A DNA stretch of 64,000 bases. Source: Acidimicrobiales bacterium (lineage in GTDB: Bacteria; Actinomycetota; Acidimicrobiia; Acidimicrobiales; Aldehydirespiratoraceae). Made by a program: the position numbers and the translations under genes. Location of the stretch: positions 2,446,953-2,510,952 of the forward strand of contig OZ224042.1 of NCBI GenBank assembly GCA_963662455.3, given 5' to 3'. Positions 29,284 through 39,690 of the stretch are shown here, in pieces. The notes beneath the pieces were generated by a model that did no database searches, had not been told where the DNA came from, and worked only from the letters and a program-made list of their open reading frames with translations. Numbering within the stretch: the stretch's first letter is position 1; each line of letters begins with the position of its first letter.

Positions 29284-31851
29284 CTAGGAGTTTGATGTCT
29301 CTCTGGTGGCGGTCATCTCCATGCCGGTGACGGTTACCACCTTGACTGCAATTCGTCCTCGCTCGGGCGGGTCGAACGGTGCGGAGCGCATCGCGGTGAG
29401 GGCTTCCTTTTCGATGTCGTCAGCGTTCTTGCCCAACTCCTTCAGCAGCTTCTTGATCTGGCGATCGTTGGCAGCTCCGGGGAAATGGATGCGTCGGGCG
29501 TAGAAGCTCTCACCGTCATGGTCCGTGTCGAGCATCCAGCAGGCCACGTCGTCGGGGCCTCCATCGGAGGCGTTGCCGGTGGCCGGGTCGAAGGTGTCGT
29601 AACCGCTGACCTCCACGGCTATCTGGCCGCCGGGGCAGTCGCCAATGATGCGGATGTCAGGTTCCCCGACAATGACGAAGGCCTCGTGACCGGTTTCGGC
29701 TGACAGTTCGCGGATCATCAGGTCTCGGTTCATCTGCGCTCTCGCAACGGTGATACGGCCGACCTTCGCTGGAGCGTCGGCGGCGTACGCGTACGCGACC
29801 ACCAGCAGCACTTCGGCTCGCTCGTCGCTGTCGGTTATCTCTCGAGCTGCCTCGCGGATCATCTCGCCGGGCACGGTCACATCCTCGGCGGCGACCATGA
29901 CCGCAGCAACATGTTCCGCTGCGCCTCCGTCAATGGTGTAAGTGGCTTTCCATACAAGCAACTCGGAGTAGACCGGCCACGGTTCCAGAGCGCGGATGGT
30001 CATGTCGGCGCTGGCGCGTCCTCCGCTGATCGTGTGGTTCAACAGAGCCGCCTCCACAGCTTCGGAGAAATGGCCGTGAGCGACCACCATCTCATCGTCG
30101 GAACCTTCCAGGGGGATGACCGTCGCCCAGGGTTGCTCGCTCTCCACGGTCATCGGTGAGGTCACGCGAGTCACGCCACGTTTCTTGCGTGGCTGATCTA
30201 CGAGCAGGATTGGGTCAGGGTCAAGGTCGTAGGCCAAGACGCCGGCCGAGACTTGGGGGACGCGTTCGTAGACGAGTCCTTGGGCGGGGTCGTTTGCCCA
30301 TCCGCCCTCGGGTGGGGGAGCTTCGGGATTGCCGGAGAGTTGTGCTTCCAGGCGCGCGCCGTTTACCGAGTCAGCCAGTGTCCAGTAGGGGAAGGTCGCG
30401 GTTGAGAGCCGTTGGCGTGCGATTGACACGGCGACTGGCGAGGTGTCACAGGTAATCCAACGCCGCCCCCATTTCTCAGCGGCTATCGCAGTAGTGGCTC
30501 CACCGCACGTCGGGTCGAACACAAGGTCGCCAGGGTCAGTGGCCATGAGAACGCATCGCTCAATCACGCTGTCCGCTGTCTGCACTACGTAGCGTTTATC
30601 TGACGCGTAGGCCTGTTGGTGCCACATGTTGTTGATGCGCCGCCCAGGAACCTCGTTCTCGTATCGCTTCCAACGGAGCGCAGAACCCGGCCCGGCAGCG
30701 TCTAAGCGGTTTAGCTCCGCGAGACGGTCCATACCCTCCATTGATACACGCCACTGCTCACCCGCTGGACAGGTCCAGGCCTGCCCTCTCCAAGAATACG
30801 GGTCCGAGCGCCCTGTGGTTGAGGCACCAGGTGACGTGAGTGCCACGCGGCTATAGAGCCGCGAACCGTCAGGCAAGTGCGAATCTGGGTCATCCCTCTC
30901 TTCGGGAGTCAGAGCGCGGGTCTTCGCGTCTTCAAGTTCAACCATCGCGTAAGAACTCATATGCGCGACCTTCTCAGCGCGAGTGAGCGGTTCGTAGAGT
31001 TGGTGGTACTTGGACTGTCGTTTGTCCTTCGCGTACCAAAGCAGGAAATCTGCAACGCTGGGCAGCGTCTTGGACGATGAGCCGCTCGTGGTTGCAAAGG
31101 GGATGAGAGATACGCGGTTCTCTGCTCCGAACACTTCATCCAACAACAGTCCAACTCTCAGCACATTGTCGTCGCCGATCTGCATGAACAACGAACCCGT
31201 GTCGGCCAACAGTTCGCGCATCAGGATGAGTTTCTCGCGGGTTAGGTCCAAGTAGGAGTGAATGTTGCGTTCATAGGTGTCCCGGAAGGCGCGGATCGTA
31301 CGAGTGTCTAGCGGGCGGCCCTCGGCGGATTCGGGTGTCCTGTCCTTCTGATTGATAGATACCTGGAAGTTGGACTTGTAGCCCATCCCGTAGGGCGGGT
31401 CGAAGTAGACCATCTGGACTTTGCCCGTCATGTTCTCGCGTGCGAGCAGGGAGGCCATCACTCGGGCGGATTCTCCGTGTATGAGCCGGTTGGACCAGTT
31501 GGCTGCGTGCTGATACCACTCGTAGGCGGCGTCCGGGGAGGGCAGGCCGTTGAAGTCGCTGAAGAGTTGTGGCTGGTCGCCGCCGCCTTGGAGCAGTTTC
31601 ACGAAAGCGGCTGGGTGGACCTTCTCACGCACATACAGCGGATGCGCGGCGTGACCGTCTTGGTTGGCGGGTTGACGGTTCCACGCAAGGATGGGCTCGT
31701 CGTCCACCTCACGGGTCTGGGGCTGGTACAGGATCGGGCGACGGTCGGTTTCGCTCATCGTCTTGCTGGTCTGCTCAGTCGGCAGGTTGACGCGTTTGGC
31801 TGAGGGGTGCGTGTACTGGTCGGTGGTCTTGGCGCTGGCTCGTTTCGCCAT
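29284..31851 (-). CDS. type III-like DNA methyltransferase (Mod; beta-class N6A/N4C, DPPY) with long C-terminal extension
   Basis: Start taken at ATG 31851 (MAKRASAK...), which overlaps the Res stop (TGATG). Motif IV is VQMVYFDPPYGMGY. Motif I is GDLVFDPTCGGATTAIAAEKWGRRWITCD. Confidence 0.9.
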   Translation of the reverse strand: MAKRASAKTTDQYTHPSAKRVNLPTEQTSKTMSETDRRPILYQPQTREVDDEPILAWNRQPANQDGHAAHPLYVREKVHPAAFVKLLQGGGDQPQLFSDFNGLPSPDAAYEWYQHAANWSNRLIHGESARVMASLLARENMTGKVQMVYFDPPYGMGYKSNFQVSINQKDRTPESAEGRPLDTRTIRAFRDTYERNIHSYLDLTREKLILMRELLADTGSLFMQIGDDNVLRVGLLLDEVFGAENRVSLIPFATTSGSSSKTLPSVADFLLWYAKDKRQSKYHQLYEPLTRAEKVAHMSSYAMVELEDAKTRALTPEERDDPDSHLPDGSRLYSRVALTSPGASTTGRSDPYSWRGQAWTCPAGEQWRVSMEGMDRLAELNRLDAAGPGSALRWKRYENEVPGRRINNMWHQQAYASDKRYVVQTADSVIERCVLMATDPGDLVFDPTCGGATTAIAAEKWGRRWITCDTSPVAVSIARQRLSTATFPYWTLADSVNGARLEAQLSGNPEAPPPEGGWANDPAQGLVYERVPQVSAGVLAYDLDPDPILLVDQPRKKRGVTRVTSPMTVESEQPWATVIPLEGSDDEMVVAHGHFSEAVEAALLNHTISGGRASADMTIRALEPWPVYSELLVWKATYTIDGGAAEHVAAVMVAAEDVTVPGEMIREAAREITDSDERAEVLLVVAYAYAADAPAKVGRITVARAQMNRDLMIRELSAETGHEAFVIVGEPDIRIIGDCPGGQIAVEVSGYDTFDPATGNASDGGPDDVACWMLDTDHDGESFYARRIHFPGAANDRQIKKLLKELGKNADDIEKEALTAMRSAPFDPPERGRIAVKVVTVTGMEMTATRETSNS

Positions 31852-34800
31852 CACGCTGCTCCTTGCTCGGCGGGCTTTGGATGTTCGGCTCGGGCCACTC
31901 TGATCGCGGCGCTCAGATCCGCTGACAGGCCCTCGGGCTCGTCCAGTTCCACGAACGACCATCGCCGCAACCACATCGGTAACTGCAGCGATGACTGCAC
32001 TGCCGGTATCCACCGGTTCGTGATGGACTGTTTCTTGCGTTCGCTCTGGTCATCGGGCACGCCTTTGCACTCGATGATGAGATGCACAGCGTCGGCGTCC
32101 TCGTGTTCTGCAAAGAGGCGGGCCACAAAATCGGGTTCGTATCGGTGCCAGGTGCCTTCCCACAGGTAGGGAACGCTCCAATCGAGCCGGAAGTTGCGTG
32201 CCCAACTGGTCACGTCAGGGTGTTTGTCAAGCGCTCTGGCACAGGCCGCTTCAAAGTGCGAGTGGCAGGCCGCGATGTTCAGTTCCGAGTTCTTGGTGAT
32301 GTGGCGATCCGAGAGGCTGGTCTCATACCTGACGCTGGAAGTGTCCAACACTGCCGGATGCGCGAACGCTGCTACAAGCCGGTCTTGTGCGCCGTCCGTG
32401 GTCTCGCACGCGTCGTCTATCTCCTTGACGGCCTGGTCCAAGTTGCTTGACCCGAGTCCGTCGTAGTGAAATTCGTTGACCTCTGCAAGAAATGTCCAGA
32501 GCCTGACGATTCTGATGGCGTCGTAGAACAACAACCGTCGTCGCGCGCGCCACCCCTCGCCGTCGTCGGCCATCCTTTGGCTCCAGCGTCGCACGAGCCC
32601 GGCAGCGAGCCGGGTGCGGGTCTGCTGCTCACGCATGTTCGCTTCCGCACTGATGGTCCTGGTGTCTCCGACCGTCCCTGCCAGCACAGCTTCCTTGGCT
32701 CCGCGCGGCACCCATTCAATGACCCGCTCGGGGTTCAGCTGGAACCCGCCGGCTCCGGGTTCTGTGAGGTACTGCTCCACGTTGGGGAACTCGATTCGAT
32801 GGTTGCGTCGTCCAGAGACGCTGTGAACCCAATACCGGGGTTTCGGCGGTTCAGGGCTGTCTCCAGGGTGTTTGACCGGCATGAAATCAAACGGAACGCC
32901 GATGACCTCTGCATACTCCGCGACAAGCCTGCCTTCGTCGTCGTAGTTGTCATAGTTGGAGCGTCGCAGAGCACGGCCCGTGACCTGCTCGCACAACAAT
33001 TGCGTGGAGAACGCCCGGTATCCGAGGATGTGGGTGACGGTGCGGGTGTCCCATCCCTCCGTGAGCATCTGGACTGACACCACGCAACGAATGTGCTCAC
33101 CGAGACCCCCCGGCCTACCGACCGAGTTCAACGCGCCGCGCACGATGTCGCGGTCATCACGGTCGTCGCCGGGGAGCTTCAACCGGCCGGCTTGTGCCTT
33201 GACGGCTCCGCTGAGGCTGGCCTCCCCTTCAAGCTGGGAATGGACCAACAACGTGTGGACGCGTTCAGTCGGACCGTCGGCACGGTAGTTGGCGAACAGA
33301 TCACAGGCTCCCTCGTGATGCTCAAGTGAGCCATCGGGGCGCTTCTCCGACCATCCCGCGATGTGATCCGCGACAGCACTGGCATTGGCGATGTTGTTGG
33401 CCACCACGATGAATACCGGAGGTGTGGGCATCGTCTTGTCCGGATCATCCGGATGCATCCACTGGTTGAACTTCTGTTCATAACTGTTGTACAGCGCGGT
33501 GAGCGCACGGTTCAGTTCGGCCGGCACCGCACCGCGTCTGACGGTCTTGGGAGTCGTACTGGCGTAGAGGTTGCGCCACTTGACGCGCTCGCTCGCGGAA
33601 TCATCATCGACGGGCACCTGCGGAATCTTGACCAGACCGGATTCGATGCTGTCCATCAGCGGGAAGTCCGAGACCACCCAGGGGAACATCCGCTCCCGGC
33701 GGTCAGTGCCCTCAATAAAGATCGGCGTGGCGGAGAAGTCATAGACCGGGCCGAGCCGTTCCGCGTCGCGTAATCCCTCCAGAGCTCCAAACCAGATCGC
33801 TGCAGCCTTGACATCGTCGTCTTCTGCTGTGCGCCGACCGGCTTCGGGCAGATAGCAGTGGTGAGCTTCGTCGTTCAGCACGCACACCTTCGGTGCGCCC
33901 TGCCCCGTCGGGAACCCACGCAGCACCCGGTCGAGAACCGCCGACATGGATTCAAGCTCCGGGGTCCTCCCAGCTCGCAGCAGCTTCTTGGCGTCGCTCG
34001 ACGCAGCAGACAGCCGGTCCCGTCGCTGGAACGCTTGGAAGTTCAACACCTGGACCTTGACCGCTCCCAGCGCGCTGCGTTTGCTCTCCGGCAGCAACCG
34101 CATCTCGTCATAGACGTTCTCGGGGTGCGCCGGACGCAGCACCGCGAGACGCTCGCGGACAGTATGACCCGGAGTGATCGCCAAGAAGCAGGTGGTGTAT
34201 CGCCCATCACGGCGCTGCGACGCGGCCGCGTTGACGGCGTGCCAGGCAATGACCATACCCATCACCGCGGTCTTCCCCGTACCGGTGGCCATCCTCACCG
34301 CGAGACGGCTGATATCGCTGTTGTAGTCTCGGTTCGCCTCCGCCAAGTCTCGTCGAACGCCAGCGAGCACCCTGTCCCGGCTTGCGTTGGCCTCGGTCAG
34401 CCAGATGAGGGTCTCGGCCGCCTCCACCTGCGCGAAGAACAGCCTCGGGTCGTTGGCCTCGCTACGCCAATGCCACAAGAGTTGTCTCGTCGCGGAAGTC
34501 GCCCCCGGATAGTTCGCGTTCCTCCACCCCGACACTGCATCACGGATGCGGTTCACCAGCTCGTTCTGCTCCGCCGCGGTCCCCGTCCCCTGCATCCGCA
34601 ACTGCGTACCCCGCTCCTTGGGCACAATCACGAGCGCCTGGCTCAGCCGCCTCCCTTCGATCGCCACTCCCGTGGACGTATTGTCCTCCGCCAACTCCCA
34701 GTGACGCGAAGGCTCCTCATGAGGCCGATTCAGAACCGGTTGGCTGACATGGTCCAACGGCCGTGCAGCCGGCGCCAGGTTGCCTCTCTCCGCGGCCACC

Positions 34801-35039
34801 GAAACGTCGTCAACCGAGTCACCTGCAGTCGCCTCCGAGGTCACCGGGCTACACCGTCCGTCACGTTGCTGAATGGGGAAGTCGAACTCGCACAACGCGC
34901 TACAGGCTAGTAGCAGCCCGTGACACCGTGCGTGGTTTCGCCCTGCTGTAGTTACCGACAGGTCCACTTGGCCTCTTCGGTCGCAGACGACGCACTCGTG
35001 ACCGTCAACCGGTACGACTGACATCGCAACCCGCTTCAA
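31851..35039 (-). CDS. type III restriction Res-like SF2 helicase with C-terminal PD-(D/E)xK nuclease; true start probably ~34757-34799
   Basis: MATGTGKTAVMG (motif I), VLNDEAHHC (DEAH), TEGWDTRTV...QVTGRALRR (motif VI). The C-terminal YEPDFVAR...HLIIECKG is the nuclease motif. The family-typical N-terminus PVLNRPHEEPSRHWE begins ~95 codons into the ORF. Confidence 0.85.
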   Translation of the reverse strand: MKRVAMSVVPVDGHECVVCDRRGQVDLSVTTAGRNHARCHGLLLACSALCEFDFPIQQRDGRCSPVTSEATAGDSVDDVSVAAERGNLAPAARPLDHVSQPVLNRPHEEPSRHWELAEDNTSTGVAIEGRRLSQALVIVPKERGTQLRMQGTGTAAEQNELVNRIRDAVSGWRNANYPGATSATRQLLWHWRSEANDPRLFFAQVEAAETLIWLTEANASRDRVLAGVRRDLAEANRDYNSDISRLAVRMATGTGKTAVMGMVIAWHAVNAAASQRRDGRYTTCFLAITPGHTVRERLAVLRPAHPENVYDEMRLLPESKRSALGAVKVQVLNFQAFQRRDRLSAASSDAKKLLRAGRTPELESMSAVLDRVLRGFPTGQGAPKVCVLNDEAHHCYLPEAGRRTAEDDDVKAAAIWFGALEGLRDAERLGPVYDFSATPIFIEGTDRRERMFPWVVSDFPLMDSIESGLVKIPQVPVDDDSASERVKWRNLYASTTPKTVRRGAVPAELNRALTALYNSYEQKFNQWMHPDDPDKTMPTPPVFIVVANNIANASAVADHIAGWSEKRPDGSLEHHEGACDLFANYRADGPTERVHTLLVHSQLEGEASLSGAVKAQAGRLKLPGDDRDDRDIVRGALNSVGRPGGLGEHIRCVVSVQMLTEGWDTRTVTHILGYRAFSTQLLCEQVTGRALRRSNYDNYDDEGRLVAEYAEVIGVPFDFMPVKHPGDSPEPPKPRYWVHSVSGRRNHRIEFPNVEQYLTEPGAGGFQLNPERVIEWVPRGAKEAVLAGTVGDTRTISAEANMREQQTRTRLAAGLVRRWSQRMADDGEGWRARRRLLFYDAIRIVRLWTFLAEVNEFHYDGLGSSNLDQAVKEIDDACETTDGAQDRLVAAFAHPAVLDTSSVRYETSLSDRHITKNSELNIAACHSHFEAACARALDKHPDVTSWARNFRLDWSVPYLWEGTWHRYEPDFVARLFAEHEDADAVHLIIECKGVPDDQSERKKQSITNRWIPAVQSSLQLPMWLRRWSFVELDEPEGLSADLSAAIRVARAEHPKPAEQGAA

Positions 35040-35362
35040 AAACTTGCGTCGAGCGGCCCCACCTAAGCAGCAACAACCTCACCGGACACGTCAACGCACC
35101 CGCCTACGTTTCCGACGCTTCACCCGCTACCGAATCCGAGCGTTGCCTTATGCCGGCAAACCTCACTGGTGACCGCTCAACTCGCCGCGCATCTCCGAAA
35201 ACCCCAAACCCTCATCGGTCGTTGTCACACCTGACTCGTACATTCCTGGTATGCGAGTACGACAGTCGCGGGACCATCAAATGACTTCGACCACCTGCTA
35301 TCGTTGCTGGATGCCGACTCTCCGCGACAACGCAAGTCGGCTTGTGTCAGCGCCTCCACACG

Positions 35363-37909
35363 ATGATGACTGCTAACAGGCTCACCGAAGCTTTCCGAGA
35401 GCTGGGCTATGAGAAAGCGCTGTGCCAGCGTCGCGTAGGTTCCCCTGCCAGCAAGGTAGTCGCCGATGTCGTGGCGTTCACCCAAGACGCCCCCCAAGAC
35501 CTACGAACTAGTGCGATAGCTGGCTTCACCGCCCCTGGAGACGATATCAGTGAGTTGCTGAGTGCCGCGCGTCTGTTGGCCACACCGTTTGCCTTGATCG
35601 AGCGGTTAAACGGCACTCTCGACTTGTATGAAGTCAAGTCAACGGGAGAATCGCCAAGCCGAATCCGAGGGCCGATCGCGCCAGCGCAGATTCGTGAATT
35701 GAGAAGTTCCAAGCTGGCAACCGAACTTGCTCCGAGGGCAATCCGCGCAGCCAAAGCGGGAATGCGCCAGTTGACGCTGTTCCCGATAGATGCGAGGCTG
35801 CTCGTAGAGGCACGCAGCAAATCAGTGGATTCGATTAGTGCGCGGATGAAACACTCGTTCCACCACGCGTTGGAGGAGAAGATTCAGCCTACGAGCGCAG
35901 CAAGACTCGTGATCGAGTCCCTTGCCGCGGCAATCGTCCGAGACAAGTACCAGCTAGAGCGCATCACTGGCGGCCGTATCGTTGATGGTGTATTGACACG
36001 GCACGGCGAGTATTTTGAAAACCTCGCAAGGTGGCAGAGCAAGCACCCTGAACTGGTTGAATCGACACTCCGCGAACTTGGGGACAACGTGGACTACTCG
36101 GCAATCGATGCGCGCACGATCAACGCTGTTTACGAGGAACTCTTTCTTACGTCGGAGCTACGCAGTGAATTTGGTATCTATCACACGGATCAACGGTTTG
36201 CATCGCGGATTCTTGACCATCTGCCGATCGAGGAAATCCCACCCGAAGATCGGTATGTCGTTGATCCTGCGTGCGGGGCGGGCAATCTCCTACTCGCCGC
36301 CCAAGAGCGGTTAGAGAACATTTCGCCAGGCCGATGGTCGGCCAGAACGACCCACGACTGGCTCAAGACCCACATGTACGGAGCGGATATTGAACCGATC
36401 GCGGTGGAGATCGCGAAGCTCTCTCTCTTAGTCTCGTCGTTGCCCCTGGGGAACTCATGGCAGATAGAACAGCGGGATTCCCTTGAGGAAACCCCCTGCT
36501 TTGGGTCGCCTCCTACGATCTGGGTGACTAATCCACCTTGGCAGCAGTCCCTGGGCTCAAATGACGAGCGGGCAATCCGGTTTCTTGACAGTGCCATCGG
36601 CCAGCTAGCTGATGGGGGATTGCTGGCGTGCATTCTACCCGCCTCTTGGTTGAGCTCAACTGGGCACAAGAAGTCGCGACTTGACGTCGACCGGAGATGC
36701 AGCGTGTTCGAGGTGTGGAGGCTACCCAGAGACCTGTTTCGCGAAGCCCGCCACCCATCCGCAGTGGTTTTTGCACAGAAACTGAGGACCGTCCAGCGCT
36801 CGAACTTTGCGTTCCGCTGGGTGACCGCATCCAAGGCGCACCGGGAGTCATTTCTCGACAGGGGTGCCGCGCAGTTCCAGTCCACCGAAATCCCTCCACT
36901 ACGTCGGGCGTTCACAGGCGGCCCCGTCGACGTTCTCGCAGCGTCAGGCATCACCGTGGAGAAAGTCGCGATTGTGACGTCAGGCCAGGTGCAAACTGGT
37001 AAGCCGTGTCCCGTTCCTTCGGGTGAGGGTACACCCGTCCTCGCACGCGGCACAAAGGCGCCGATCCACCGTTCCATCGGGCGTGAGTTGATCACCTGGG
37101 TGGCCGACCCAAGGGACAACTTCCGACTCGCTGATGGATGGGAGACCATCCTGGATGACAGTCCGAAACTGCTCGTTCAAGCCAACCGATTTCAGGACAA
37201 CGCTTGGCGGCTACGTCCGATCCTCGACACAACCGGAGTCCTCCCTTCCAACTCATGGCAGACGCTCTCTGGCAAACCGCAGACCATATGGGCGCTCAAT
37301 GCATTTTTGTCCACATCAATCGCATCGTGTTTTGTTCATTCTCACTCAACAACCGGACGAATCCGTGTCGATTTGCTAGAAGAAATCCCACTGCCAGCCA
37401 AATGGACTCAGCACTACGAGAAATTGTTCGCGGTACTGGGAGAGCAAATGGCCGAACCGACATCGGACCTCGCATCACTGGTCGACAAGGCAGAACTGTT
37501 GGCGTACCAAGCGTTCGAATTGGATGACGCTATGAAAGCGTCGATCCAACGGGTCATGGCCGAATACAAGGCGCCTGACGGAAGAGTCCGTTTCCCCGAG
37601 GTTGTGGAACGCGAAATTGGAGATGCGCGCCTCGAACCGTTTAGTCAGGCCCCCGGTACGGTGCTAGGCGTCGAACGCACATCGGTCCAGGTATGGGTGC
37701 TCGGAGGGCCCGATGACGGTTACACCGTCGATCTGCACGAAGGCATACCCGGATGGCTTCTCAAAAAGGATGCAACATTCGAGTTGACCGGCCACCCGGA
37801 CACAGGGCGTTACCGGTTCCATCGGTCCGCCCATCTCTCAGACTACGTAGCACTTGGAATGCACAACGGCCTCGACCCGGCCACAAGTGAACGCTCGAAT
37901 CCGCAGTAA
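35363..37909 (+). CDS. large gamma-class N6-adenine methyltransferase of type IIG/IIL or BREX-PglX-like architecture
   Basis: About 848 aa from ATG 35363. Motif I is YVVDPACGAGNLLLAAQ. Motif IV is IWVTNPPWQQS. About 300 aa precede the MTase core, including a possible D...(D/E)xK (ADVVAF ... LDLYEVKS). About 450 aa follow it and are TRD-like. Confidence 0.8.
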   Translation: MMTANRLTEAFRELGYEKALCQRRVGSPASKVVADVVAFTQDAPQDLRTSAIAGFTAPGDDISELLSAARLLATPFALIERLNGTLDLYEVKSTGESPSRIRGPIAPAQIRELRSSKLATELAPRAIRAAKAGMRQLTLFPIDARLLVEARSKSVDSISARMKHSFHHALEEKIQPTSAARLVIESLAAAIVRDKYQLERITGGRIVDGVLTRHGEYFENLARWQSKHPELVESTLRELGDNVDYSAIDARTINAVYEELFLTSELRSEFGIYHTDQRFASRILDHLPIEEIPPEDRYVVDPACGAGNLLLAAQERLENISPGRWSARTTHDWLKTHMYGADIEPIAVEIAKLSLLVSSLPLGNSWQIEQRDSLEETPCFGSPPTIWVTNPPWQQSLGSNDERAIRFLDSAIGQLADGGLLACILPASWLSSTGHKKSRLDVDRRCSVFEVWRLPRDLFREARHPSAVVFAQKLRTVQRSNFAFRWVTASKAHRESFLDRGAAQFQSTEIPPLRRAFTGGPVDVLAASGITVEKVAIVTSGQVQTGKPCPVPSGEGTPVLARGTKAPIHRSIGRELITWVADPRDNFRLADGWETILDDSPKLLVQANRFQDNAWRLRPILDTTGVLPSNSWQTLSGKPQTIWALNAFLSTSIASCFVHSHSTTGRIRVDLLEEIPLPAKWTQHYEKLFAVLGEQMAEPTSDLASLVDKAELLAYQAFELDDAMKASIQRVMAEYKAPDGRVRFPEVVEREIGDARLEPFSQAPGTVLGVERTSVQVWVLGGPDDGYTVDLHEGIPGWLLKKDATFELTGHPDTGRYRFHRSAHLSDYVALGMHNGLDPATSERSNPQ

Positions 37910-37927
37910 CGACTTACGGTTCCTGAG

Positions 37928-38884
37928 ATGTCTTCGGAAGTCCATTTCCTCAATGTCGGCCAAGCCGATGCCATTGTTACCATCGATGCGGGGTCCGCCC
38001 TGATCGTTGATTGTCCACACGCCGGTGTCGACCCAGCAGCAAGAGTGCTCGACAAAATAGACCTTGCAGAGTTCGATATCGTAGTTACCCACCAAGATCT
38101 CGATCACTGCGGCGGAATCCATGAACTTCTTCGAAAATATGGGAACGCTTCGACGACCCTCTACATGAATCCTGTAGCCCGACCAATTCCACCGGGACCC
38201 AAAGTAAGGACCGCACTTCTGGGGATCCTGTCAGCACTCGACGAGATCGGTGGAACTACAGAGCACGCGTTTGCGGGCAGAGTCGGAAGTATCGGAGGGA
38301 TCGAATGGTCGGTGTTGTCACCGCCTTACATCGAGGTCTTGGACGCTGCCTTGCTCGGAAGCTCGGCTAATAGGATCAATAGGACAAGTGCTGTCTTGGC
38401 GCTACAAGTTGGAGAGTACAGGTTCCTCATTCCGGGCGACATAGACGACACGGCTGTGAACTGGTTGCTCACCTCTGGTGCACAGCTATCAGCCGATGCA
38501 CTTCTGCTTCCTCATCACGGAGCAAAGCTCAAATTGATCGACCGGCTTCTCGATGCAGTGAAACCCAAATACGTCGTAATCAGTTCGGGTCGTCGGAAGA
38601 CGCACCCAAACATCTCAACACTGATGGCAGCTGCGTCATACGGCTGCCGCCTCATGTGCACCCAGGCAACTTTCCACTGCAACCCAGATCCGGTGAAACC
38701 CGATCATTGCGCAGGATCCATCGTCTTCACTCTGAGAGGCAAGTCCCTCTCAGTGGATCCGACACCGGGGGACCACCGCTCGAGAATCCAACAACTAACC
38801 AGCCCAGTCTGCCTCCGAGCACAATCGGGGCCGCCTGCAACCGATGTGCACAGGGGTTCCAAAACCGGTGACACCACTCAATGA
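37928..38884 (+). CDS. ComEC/Rec2-type metallo-beta-lactamase-fold hydrolase (stand-alone)
   Basis: 318 aa. VHFLNVGQADAIVT...LIVDC, VVTHQDLDHCGG (a variant of HxHxDH), FLIPGDID, LLLPHHGAK, KYVVISSG....HPN. It starts 18 nt after the methyltransferase stop. Confidence 0.85.
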   Translation: MSSEVHFLNVGQADAIVTIDAGSALIVDCPHAGVDPAARVLDKIDLAEFDIVVTHQDLDHCGGIHELLRKYGNASTTLYMNPVARPIPPGPKVRTALLGILSALDEIGGTTEHAFAGRVGSIGGIEWSVLSPPYIEVLDAALLGSSANRINRTSAVLALQVGEYRFLIPGDIDDTAVNWLLTSGAQLSADALLLPHHGAKLKLIDRLLDAVKPKYVVISSGRRKTHPNISTLMAAASYGCRLMCTQATFHCNPDPVKPDHCAGSIVFTLRGKSLSVDPTPGDHRSRIQQLTSPVCLRAQSGPPATDVHRGSKTGDTTQ

Positions 38885-38948
38885 ACCGCCTGTTGCCCAG
38901 TTCCGCCATACCACAGACTCCCATCAAACAGAGACACTTCGAGTCTAG

Positions 38949-39690
38949 ATGACCATTCAGAAACTTGTTCGAGAGTCCGAAGTGCTCGTCGAGGTACTAG
39001 ACCCTGTGGTTGAGGGCATCTCCGACTTGCAGCTGCAGGGGATTGCTGATTCGGCCTGGTACCGCCTTGGATCGGTAAATTCCCTGGTCCGAGATCAGGG
39101 TGGCGGAGCATTGGCAGCCACGCTGGCTCGCGGTTTGATCGAGCAGGCCGCATACTGGGACTGGGCGATCGCCACGGAAGTTGGCACGGATGGTCTTGAC
39201 ATCTCCAGGCCAAGCCCTGAAGACACTGGTGAATGATGGCGCGCATCACCGAGACAAGATCTCAAAGAGCCTCCAATCCGACGGAGTGCCGCAAAACCTG
39301 ATCAACGACCTCCTCGGACCAGCTACAGAAATCCCCGTCCCTGAACACGGGACCCCATCTCTCCCGGCTATCACAGAATTGCTGAATCTCGGCTACTCGA
39401 ACGCGTCTGAGGTCCGATCTGCCCCTGCGATGCACAGCGTCCTATCGCAGTTCGTGCACGCTACTCCGATCTCCAATTGGCACATCCGTCGGGACATTTT
39501 TCCTACGCTTACAGCGCCCGCTTTCGCCATCTCTTTGGAGTCCGCAGCCCGCGGTTTCGAGAGGATCGCGTTGATCACTCTCCTCCTTGCGGGGGTCAGC
39601 CGTGAGACTCTCGATGAGCCACTAAACGCGTTGAGCGAACGATGCGCACAGATCACAACGCTTGCCGCGCTATACCACTTCCTCGGATAG
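38949..39690 (+). CDS. hypothetical protein; either one gene with a +1 frameshift near 39205 or two overlapping ORFs (38949-39236 and 39181/39190-39690)
   Basis: Both frames are open across 39139-39236. The N-part ends ...AYWDWAIATEVGTDGLDIS and the C-part continues ...QALKTLVNDGAHHRDKISKSL. No family is recognised. Confidence 0.45.

Noticed and set aside
33858-34910. 350-aa plus-strand ORF
   Set aside because: Antisense to the Res helicase gene. Arg-rich shadow ORF.
34757-35039. Cys-rich N-terminal ~95 codons of the Res ORF as a possible zinc-finger domain
   Set aside because: The family-typical N-terminus (PVLNRPHEEPSRHWE) starts after this stretch, and alternative GTG/TTG starts exist at 34799 and 34757. 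The extension is probably untranslated upstream sequence.
35225-35497. 90-aa minus-strand ORF in the Res/MTase divergent region
   Set aside because: It overlaps the methyltransferase 5' end and has no motif. It is likely non-coding promoter region.
36190-37149. 319-aa minus-strand ORF
   Set aside because: Antisense to the type IIG-like methyltransferase. Ser/Arg-rich shadow ORF.
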